Shown: piece after piece, positions 54,108-64,000 of the stretch
Layout: every line of letters begins with the position of its first letter
How positions within the stretch are numbered: position 1 is the first letter of the stretch
Assembly (NCBI GenBank): GCA_963745835.1
Contig: CAVUZH010000004.1
Coordinates: 32,001 to 96,000 of the forward strand
Source of the DNA: an uncultured delta proteobacterium
GTDB taxonomy: Bacteria > Desulfobacterota > Binatia > UBA9968
Direction of reading: 5' to 3'
Length of the DNA stretch: 64,000 nt
The notes under the pieces: model-generated
Told to the model about the DNA's origin: nothing
The model's database searches: none
What the model saw: the letters and a program-made list of their open reading frames with translations, nothing else
Position numbers and translations under genes: made by a program

Positions 54108-55272
54108 ATGCACAATCGTAATCAGTGTGAGATTGATGAAGTGGCAGCCTTGCAACAAGCAATTGGAGCTAAGGAATTGCTGTTGCGCGAGCGCGAGGCT
54201 GCGTTCGAAGCTCTGGAACAACGGTTGAACTCGACGATCGAACAACTGAGCGCGGACTTGAATGAAAAACAAACTTTGATCGGTCAAAACGAAATCAAAT
54301 CTCAGCAAGCGAAAGCAGACCTTAGTGAGATTGTGGAACAGAAGACCCGACTGGAGATGCTTCAAAAACAAACAGAACGATTGTTATCTGCTCAAGCCGA
54401 GCAAATCCGCGCCGGAGTTCGAGCTGAAATCCAATCTATGGAGAGGCAGCTCATCGACAAAGGACTCGGAGCTTCAAAAGTGCCAGGCCTGCGCCATGAA
54501 CCTGCGACATCGATTAGCGGAGATGCAGTTGCTCAGTGAAACACGAGCCGTTCAGATCGAGGATCTTAGGGCAGAAACCGTTCGCCTTTCGCTGGAAATT
54601 AATCGGCGCGAGCTGGTGAAGCTCGGAACCGAATCTGGCGGTGATCATGACTTCGGCCACGGCCGAGAGGCCGAAGCTGCGTCTGGTGAGATTTCGGCCG
54701 CACTGGACACAAACAGCCAAAAGTCAGAGAAAGCAGAAACACCGGCGTGGGATGAGATCATGATCCTGCGCCACGATGCGGAAGAAAAGAATCTTCTTCT
54801 CGCCAGCCGCAATGAAGAACTGATGCGGGTGAAAGCAGAGATGGACCTTCTTCAAGGCGAGCTAAGCGAACTCAAGTCGAGCATTAAGCGCATTCAGGAA
54901 TCGGCCAAGACTGAATGCGCCGAGATGCGCAGCGAGTTTCAAGCCCAAGTGGCTTTTTTACAGGCGGAGCTGAGCCAAAGGGACTGGACGCTCCAAGAAC
55001 GTGAAGCAGCGCAGAAGGTTCTCGAGCAAGGACTTCGCGCGAAGATCGGCCAATTGGAAGCTCAGCGAGAGCAGGTAAAAACTTCTACTGAGGGTCCAGC
55101 TCAGGAATTCGTTCTCGGTGTTAACTGGGAGTCAGAAGCGCGGTTAGATGATACGTGGAAGCTGCAAGAACGGCTTGACGGCAACGGCGCGGAAATCGCG
55201 CAAACGGCCTCCAACCAATCTGGCAAGTGGCGCAACAGCGGCGCGTGGAAAAGACGCTGGAGATCGCGATAA
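54108..55272 (+). CDS. Long coiled-coil protein with Trp/Arg-rich C-terminus (~387 aa after correcting a frameshift near 54460)
   Basis: AGAGGA precedes the ATG at 54108. ORFs 54087..54539 and 54325..55272 join as QLIDK-DSELQKC when one A is removed. Sequence is heptad-like and rich in E/Q/L/K/R. Confidence 0.72.
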
Positions 55273-55323
55273 GCAGCGCGCAACTTGCCTTTACCCGATA
55301 GATTATCCGCCAGAAGGACAACC

Positions 55324-56046
55324 ATGATAAAGACCGAACGAGTGACAACCGGCATTCCAGGATTGGATCAACTTCTTGAAGGTGGTTTCCCCAAGGATCG
55401 TTCTGTTCTCGTTACCGGCGAGCCTGGAACCGGAAAGACAATCTTTGCGCTACAATTCCTGGTGGAAGGCCTGAGGCGTGGAGAAAAGGGCATCTACGTC
55501 GCGGCCGATGAAGGTCCGACGGACATCATAGAACAGGCCGCCTCACTGGGATGGGATCTAGAGAAATACATTGAGGCGAAGGAGCTGGCGATCCTCAACG
55601 CTGGAACTTATCTGAGCTCCTCATCGGCCGCGGGAAAAGAGCGGCAGATCGATATTCATAAAGCGATCGGTGATCTTGCTGGGTTCGTTAACCGCTTAGG
55701 AGCAAAACGGCTGGTGCTGGATCCGGCTGGACCATTTGTTCTGCTGCGCGACACAACAATGCGCATCCAGGATCAGACCCGCCTGTTGATCAAGCTACTG
55801 CGAACTTCGATGCAGACAACCAATATTCTCACCTCGTATGGCGTGCCACGAACCGGCGAACGGACTCTGCATGGAATCGAGGAATACCTCGTTGCCGGCG
55901 CTATTATCCTGGAGATCGTCTGGCGGGACGGTAAGTTGGGTCGCAGCATGGTGATCGAAAAAATGCGCTGCACCGATGTCAAGCCGGCGCAGCACACATT
56001 TGACATTAGCAAAGTTCAGGGTTTCGTCCTCGATCCTCTGCCCTAA
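55324..56046 (+). CDS. Single-domain KaiC/RAD55-like RecA-superfamily ATPase 1
   Basis: TGIPGLDQLLEGGFP, GEPGTGKT, RLVLDP, GIEEYLV, IEKMR. Confidence 0.88.
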   Translation: MIKTERVTTGIPGLDQLLEGGFPKDRSVLVTGEPGTGKTIFALQFLVEGLRRGEKGIYVAADEGPTDIIEQAASLGWDLEKYIEAKELAILNAGTYLSSSSAAGKERQIDIHKAIGDLAGFVNRLGAKRLVLDPAGPFVLLRDTTMRIQDQTRLLIKLLRTSMQTTNILTSYGVPRTGERTLHGIEEYLVAGAIILEIVWRDGKLGRSMVIEKMRCTDVKPAQHTFDISKVQGFVLDPLP

Positions 56047-56070
56047 CACATCGCGCAGGTGACAATCACA

Positions 56071-56859
56071 ATGAATCCTCAGCGTGTTTCCACCGGTGTA
56101 TCCGGCTTAGATTCGCAACTGATTGGCGGGTTCATCAAAGGCCGTTCCTACGTTGTCCTCGGCGACGCTGGAGCGGGTAAAACCACCGCCTGCCTGCAGT
56201 TCCTTCTTAGCGGTCTCAAACAGGGAGAGAAGGGACTCTACATCACCGTCGATGAACGACCTGCGGAAATCATCGAGTCCGCGGCATCTCTGGGATGGGA
56301 TTTCGAGTCCTACACTCAAGATAAAAGCCTCGTGATGCTCGATGCCTCGCCTTACTTCAGCGGGCGAGCCGGCGCCGCACAGGACAAGGGCGTGGATCTG
56401 CAGAAGATCGTTTCGGATCTCGCCGGGTATGCCAAAAGAATCGATGCCAGCCGTCTTGTTATCGACCCGGTCACACCGATGATTTTTTCCGACTCACCGA
56501 ATCGAGTTCAGGATCAGGCCCGTTCCTTCATTCACCTCGTGCACTCGCAATTGAATACCACGAACTTATTCAGCGCCCAGTACTCTAGCCGAGCCCCCGA
56601 CCCTAGCTTTGGGATCGAGGAATTCCTCGTTTCCGGCGTCCTGCATCTGAAAACAATTCCGGTTGATAGCGGATTCGCTCGCAAGCTCACGATAAAAAAA
56701 ATGCGCGGCACGCCGATCCAGCCCAGCGAGTACTGGTTTTCAATCATCGCCGGCGAAGGCATTGTTTTGACTCAAGAAGGCGAGCGGCCCGTGGCGGCGC
56801 AGGAATCGGGCGATACAACATTGCTGGAATACTTCGAGCCCTTCGCCAGATCAAAGTAA
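56071..56859 (+). CDS. Single-domain KaiC/RAD55-like RecA-superfamily ATPase 2
   Basis: STGVSGLD, GDAGAGKT, RLVIDP, GIEEFLV, IKKMRGT; alternative GTG start at 56059. Confidence 0.88.
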   Translation: MNPQRVSTGVSGLDSQLIGGFIKGRSYVVLGDAGAGKTTACLQFLLSGLKQGEKGLYITVDERPAEIIESAASLGWDFESYTQDKSLVMLDASPYFSGRAGAAQDKGVDLQKIVSDLAGYAKRIDASRLVIDPVTPMIFSDSPNRVQDQARSFIHLVHSQLNTTNLFSAQYSSRAPDPSFGIEEFLVSGVLHLKTIPVDSGFARKLTIKKMRGTPIQPSEYWFSIIAGEGIVLTQEGERPVAAQESGDTTLLEYFEPFARSK

Positions 56860-56980
56860 TCGACTTGTTCAGATCCGCCTAGAGCGCTGGTCTTCATTTC
56901 TCTTCTCCTGCACCGGGCCTAAGCATCGCCGATAGCAGCTCCACCCGTCCAGAGCAAGATCGCGGCGCTGGCCGTTTTTC

Positions 56981-57009
56981 TTGACACCCCCCCAAGTGAT
57001 GATTAGCTT
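56981..57009 (+). promoter_or_regulatory. clpB promoter
   Basis: TTGACA-N17-TAGCTT. Confidence 0.65.
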
Positions 57010-57032
57010 TTGAGGGTCTAAGGGAGAAATAA

Positions 57033-59662
<2,630 letters not shown>

Positions 59663-59666
<4 letters not shown>

Positions 59667-59842
59667 AGAGCGCCACAAAAAAAGCTCCGCCAACAAAGAT
59701 CCCGCCGGGGCTAGCACGGGTTCGGAAAGAAGTTCCTCCTCCAAGCAAAATCTTCAGGAGCAAAAAGATCGTTCAGCGGCAGCGTCGCAAAGCGGAACTT
59801 CGGCAGGAACTAAAAGCAAACCTACCGAGCAGATCTTCTTAA
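59663..59842 (+). CDS. Small basic hypothetical protein (59 aa)
   Basis: TTG start overlaps the clpB stop (TTGA). Reads [59 protein letters not shown] and ends just before the terminator. Confidence 0.5.
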
Positions 59843-59864
59843 CGCATCCGTCGCATTTTTCCTG

Positions 59865-59896
59865 AGAGGCAGTCCAACCGGACTGCCTCTTTTTTT
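59865..59896 (+). terminator. Intrinsic terminator of the clpB transcript
   Basis: AGAGGCAGTCC-AACC-GGACTGCCTCT followed by a T-run. Confidence 0.88.
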
Positions 59897-60048
59897 GTTT
59901 TCCATCACTGCTGAAAAGCTGCGTGCTTCGTTGCGTCGGTGGAATTGTGTCCGGATACTACGGGTGTGCGTCTCAGACCGAAGAGGTTTCCTGCCTTCTT
60001 GAGTTTTGAGCAGCCGGCAATCAGACTTTCAGCAAGGGTAATTAATGC

Positions 60049-61485
60049 ATGGCCGATTCAAACAGCCCCAACCAAACCCGGCGAGATCCACGTCTGGTGC
60101 TGCTTCTGGTCTGCACCGGACTGTTCATGGTGGCAATCAACGCCCGCGCCATGATCGTCTCGCTGCCAACCTTGACTGAGGTTTTTGAAACCAATCTGTC
60201 CCTCATCCAGTGGGCTCTTTTAGTATACGACCTGGCCGTCATCGGCCTCGTGCTCACGCTGAGCCGGCTCGGAGATCTATTCGGTCGCAAATGGATGTAC
60301 ATCATCGGTTTGCTGCTCTTTACTTTCGGTTCGGCTTTGTGCGGCTTGGTACAAAATCCGGCCCAATTGATCGCCTGCCGAATCGTCCAGGGAATCGGCG
60401 GCGCTATGATCATGGCTCATGGACGCGCCATCGCCTCTATCGTTGTGCCGGTTTCCCAAAGAGGCAAAGCATTGGGATTAACCTCAATGGCCTATCACGT
60501 CGGCTACATGACAGGCCCCACGTTGGGCGGCTTTATCATCGACACAATTGGCTGGCGTTGGATTTTCTACGTCAATATTCCAACCGGCCTGGCAGCGGCC
60601 TACTTTGGGTGGAAGATCCTCAGCGATCGAGCGGCGAGCGAAGAACGGGTGAAAGTCGATTATGCCGGCGCGGTGCTCCTGTTGATCACCAATACTTGTT
60701 TTGTTTATGCGATGAACCAGTTTCCGCACCTCGGCTCTACCCATCCGTTGGTGATATCCTTCGCTCTCCTTTCGGTCGCAGCGCTCTTATTCTTCATTCG
60801 AACTGAGCTGCGCGCGGACACTCCGATTCTGGACTTGAACCTTTTCCGCAATCGTCTATTCAGCGCGGCTAATTTAAGCCTACTTTTTATCACCGGAACC
60901 CAATCCGCCATCGCTGTTTTGATGCCTTTCTATTTACAAAATCTAATGGGTTTCACGCCTAGTCAAATGGGCTGGATCATCATCGCTAACTCGGTGGTCA
61001 TCATCATGGTCGCGCCGATCGCCGGCGGTCTTTCGGATCGCTTCGGTTCTCGGCTGCTTTGCAGCATCGGCGCAACCATCATCGTTATCGGCCAATTCCT
61101 GATCGCTTCTTTGGATCAGCAGTCGTCGGTATTCCAGATGATTTTTCCGCAAGCCTTAACCGGCCTGGGTTGGGCAGTTTTCAATTCGCCGAATCAAAGC
61201 GCCATCTTGGGCACCGTGCCCAGGAATAAGGTCGGCGCAGCATCGGGCATGACCGTGACCACCGCGCGCATCGGCGCCGTGATCGGCATAGCCTTGTCCG
61301 GGCTTTTGTTCACCAACGGACTGTACCGCGGCGGCATGCCTGCCGAACAGATCGAATCGCCGCAAACCTGGGGAGCATCGCCTGAGATATTTCTCGACGC
61401 CTTTAGTCACGCCATTCACGTCATCAATAGCTTTGCCATTCTGGCAATCGTCTTTTCCGCTATTCGCGGCGGCAGCAAAGACTGA
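60049..61485 (+). CDS. MFS transporter, DHA2 (EmrB/QacA-like)
   Basis: RLGDLFGRK, RIVQGIGGA, GPTLGG, GWRWIFYVNIP. Confidence 0.92.
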   Translation: MADSNSPNQTRRDPRLVLLLVCTGLFMVAINARAMIVSLPTLTEVFETNLSLIQWALLVYDLAVIGLVLTLSRLGDLFGRKWMYIIGLLLFTFGSALCGLVQNPAQLIACRIVQGIGGAMIMAHGRAIASIVVPVSQRGKALGLTSMAYHVGYMTGPTLGGFIIDTIGWRWIFYVNIPTGLAAAYFGWKILSDRAASEERVKVDYAGAVLLLITNTCFVYAMNQFPHLGSTHPLVISFALLSVAALLFFIRTELRADTPILDLNLFRNRLFSAANLSLLFITGTQSAIAVLMPFYLQNLMGFTPSQMGWIIIANSVVIIMVAPIAGGLSDRFGSRLLCSIGATIIVIGQFLIASLDQQSSVFQMIFPQALTGLGWAVFNSPNQSAILGTVPRNKVGAASGMTVTTARIGAVIGIALSGLLFTNGLYRGGMPAEQIESPQTWGASPEIFLDAFSHAIHVINSFAILAIVFSAIRGGSKD

Positions 61486-61539
61486 TACATTCGTCATTCT
61501 GCCAAACGCGATGTGGTTTGAGGCAACTAGTAATCTGTA

Positions 61540-61716
61540 GTGATTAAGGAGGGAGCCTGGAGGAGCGAAGGCACAGAAACGAAAGTTTCAATGCGGTCTC
61601 CGGTACATGGCCCACAGCTAATCTCTCGATAGATCGGCCTCCAACCACGCAGCTTGTAAGCACCTGTAAGGCACGGACCCATTGCCTTTGCTCCGGAGGG
61701 TTCGCTCCTTAATCGC
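61540..61716 (+). ncRNA. Candidate structured RNA (177-nt rod, 6S-like architecture)
   Basis: The two ends pair over about 30 bp with G-U pairs (GTGATTAAGGAG..GGAGCGAAGGCA with TGCCTTTGCTCC..CTCCTTAATCGC). Contains an internal GAAAC-GAAA-GTTTC hairpin. Confidence 0.45.
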
Positions 61717-61750
61717 GGTGTCGCTTGGAACTGCAGAATCCGGGCTGAAG

Positions 61751-63181
61751 ATGCAACCCGACGATGCAAAAAAAACCCGATGGACTCTGCGTCTCATCCT
61801 TTTGAATGTTTGCATCGGGCAAACCGTTGTCGGTCTCGATCAGCGCGCCATCACAGTTGCGCTGCCAACATTGACCGAGACTTTTCACACCGCATTCACC
61901 ACCGTTCAATGGGTAGTGCTGGTCTATGATCTGATTCTCATCGGGCTGATCATCACCATGGGCCGCTTGGGAGATTTGTTCGGCCGGCGCCGCTTCTACA
62001 GCATCGGTTTTCTGGTATTTGTTGCCGCTTCCGCGCTTTGCGGCATCTCTCAAACTGTAGGCCAGATGATCTTCTTCAGAGCGATTCAGGCGATTGGCGG
62101 ATCGATGATCGCCGCCAATGGCAGAGCCATCGTTTCAGTGGCGCTACCGCGCGAAGAACGGGGCCGCGCCTTGGGGCTTACATCGACGGCCTTTCATATC
62201 GGTTTTCTCACCGGGCCGTCGCTTGGCGGATTTCTCATCGATACGGTCGGCTGGCGCTGGATCTTTTATATCAATCTGCCCATCGCGCTATGGGGCGCCT
62301 ATCTCGCCTGGAAAATCATCCCGGAAACCAAAGCCGAAGGGAAAGTGTCGGTGGATATTCCCGGCGCAATACTGCTCCTTTTAACCAACGGGCTATTCAT
62401 TTATGCCATCGATCTGCTGCCGCGGCTCGGCTGGCGCCATCCGATGTTCCTGCTGACATTGCTGCTCTCGCTGATTGCAATGGCATTTCTCTTGGTCGCC
62501 GAAAGCAAGGCCAGAACGCCTATCTTAATTCTGTCCATGTTCCGCAGCCGTCTGTTTAGCGCAGGCATCTTGAGTCTTTTCCTGATTACCGCCAGTTTGT
62601 CGGCGATCAATTTTCTTTTGCCCTTCTATTTGCAAAACCTTTTAGGCTATTCGCCCTCTCAAATGGGCTGGATTATCATCGCCGATTCACTGATCATCAT
62701 GTTTATGGCGCCGATTGCCGGCACCTTATCGGATCGTCTCGGCTCCCGCCTGCTGTGCACCATCGGCTGCGCCGTCATCGTCATCGCGCAATTTTTCGTC
62801 GGCTCGCTCGGTTTGCAAGCCTCGTTACTAAGAATCATGCTGCCGTTGGCGCTCTGGGGAATCGGCTGGGCGTTGTTCAATGCGCCCAATCAGAGCGCCA
62901 CCTTAGGAGCGGTGAGCCACGACAAGCTCGGCGCCGCCGCCGGTATGATCGCGACTACGGCACGGACGGGCAGCGCCATCGGCGTGGCTATGGCGGCCAC
63001 TCTTTTCAGCACGATGTTATCGGCGGCAGGTTTAAGCCCGGAACAAACCCAGTCGCCGCAAAGCTGGAGCATGATGCCCGAGGCAGTGATTGGTCCGTTC
63101 AACTACACGATTCATTTTATCAACGCCCTGACTTTGCTGGCGGTGTTCTTTTCCGCGGTTAGAGGCAGCCGGCGAGACTGA
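61751..63181 (+). CDS. MFS transporter, DHA2 family (paralog of 60049..61485)
   Basis: GRLGDLFGRRR, GWRWIFYINLP, PFYLQNLLG; similar to the upstream MFS along its length. Confidence 0.92.
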   Translation: MQPDDAKKTRWTLRLILLNVCIGQTVVGLDQRAITVALPTLTETFHTAFTTVQWVVLVYDLILIGLIITMGRLGDLFGRRRFYSIGFLVFVAASALCGISQTVGQMIFFRAIQAIGGSMIAANGRAIVSVALPREERGRALGLTSTAFHIGFLTGPSLGGFLIDTVGWRWIFYINLPIALWGAYLAWKIIPETKAEGKVSVDIPGAILLLLTNGLFIYAIDLLPRLGWRHPMFLLTLLLSLIAMAFLLVAESKARTPILILSMFRSRLFSAGILSLFLITASLSAINFLLPFYLQNLLGYSPSQMGWIIIADSLIIMFMAPIAGTLSDRLGSRLLCTIGCAVIVIAQFFVGSLGLQASLLRIMLPLALWGIGWALFNAPNQSATLGAVSHDKLGAAAGMIATTARTGSAIGVAMAATLFSTMLSAAGLSPEQTQSPQSWSMMPEAVIGPFNYTIHFINALTLLAVFFSAVRGSRRD

Positions 63182-63226
63182 TTTTCGATTTCCGTTGCAG
63201 CCGGATAGTTTCTATACTCGGACCGC

Positions 63227-64000
63227 ATGAGTTGGTTTCTCCACATTGACATGGACGCATTCTATGCGTCCGTGGAGCAGGCGCTGGATCCGAGTTTGAA
63301 AAACAAGCCGGTCATCGTCGGCGGCCGCGATGGTAAGGGCGTGGTTACGTCGGCGTCTTACGCGGCGCGAAAATTCGGCGTTCGTTCGGCAATGCCGGGG
63401 TTTCAAGCCAATAAGCTTTGCCCGCACGGGATATTTCTTCCCAACCGCCACCGGCTCTATTCGGAATATTCCCACAAAGTTTTTGCAATCCTGCGGCAAT
63501 ACTCTCCAGAGGTGCATGCGATCTCGATCGACGAAGGAGTGGTCGATCTTACCGGCACGGAGAAACTCCTGGGTCCGCCGTTGCAGACCGCGGATCGAAT
63601 CATCCGGCGCATCGAGCAGGAGCTCGGCTTGCCGTCTTCAGGGGGAGTCTCCAGCCATCGGGCCGTCAGCAAAATCGCCGCGACTTTAGCGAAACCTCAG
63701 GGGCTCATTTTTGTTGACGGCGGAGAGGAGAGAAATTTTCTCGCGCCGTTGCCGGTTGAACTCGTCCCCGGGGTCGGTCCCAAGACCCAGAAGGACTTGT
63801 TACGGCGAGGCATCCGGACCATCGGCGACCTGATGGACTCCGGGTCGGGGTCACAGCTATCTCGATCTCCGCCAAGCCGATCATCGGCAGCGCTCACACG
63901 AGCATTCCATCGGTAATGAGACAACGTTCGATAAGGCGCTCAAAGACATCGAGCAGCTGGAACGAATTCTTTGGCAACTCGTCGAGGAGGTTGGCGGCAG
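63227..64000 (+). CDS. dinB: DNA polymerase IV (DinB); frameshift near 63850 and cut by the window end
   Basis: HIDMDAFYASVE, SYAARKFGVRSAMP, SIDEG, AKPQG, PGVGPKT; SIGNETTF follows in a shifted frame. Confidence 0.92.

Noticed and set aside
55324-56859. Canonical circadian kaiABC clock, or one KaiC split by a sequencing error
   Set aside because: No kaiA or kaiB is present. The two genes have their own stop, spacer and start, and both resemble CI without the CII Ser/Thr sites.
61575-61620. c-di-GMP-I riboswitch
   Set aside because: The GAAA hairpin and TCCGG are loosely similar, but the GGCAAA and GACGCAAA consensus segments are not matched, and the segment sits inside a larger closing stem.

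Overview
Mostly core bacterial chromosome of moderate GC. The gene mix suggests Candidatus Binatia (former Deltaproteobacteria); this is an inference from F420 genes, orphan NMT1/SsuA-type binding proteins and amidohydrolases. Contents in order: M23 peptidase; cinA-thpR-recA-recX-alaS-yjbQ-phoH; a heat-shock block (decayed HtrA/Deg protease, hsp20, groESL); cytochrome c; GST; an 11-subunit complex I-like nuoABCDHIJKLMN operon with no nuoEFG; larC; bioFAD; udgX; radA; tRNA-Leu(CAA); a secreted-protein patch with an ECF sigma/anti-sigma/DUF3106 module; F420 genes cofG-cofD-cofC-cofE-npdG; an amidohydrolase/binding protein/isomerase cluster; recD2; a CNNM/TlyC protein; hisC; a coiled-coil plus two KaiC-like ATPase genes; clpB; two MFS transporters; and a truncated dinB. 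About eight genes carry isolated single-base frameshifts that look like long-read errors. Best leads: (1) a sigma54-type promoter driving a coiled-coil protein and two single-domain KaiC-like ATPases; (2) twin secreted paralogs with an ECF promoter on one and a sigma54 promoter on the other; (3) a 177-nt rod-like candidate RNA between the MFS genes; (4) the complex I lacking its NADH-input module near F420 genes. All calls were made by eye from motifs; no database searches were run.
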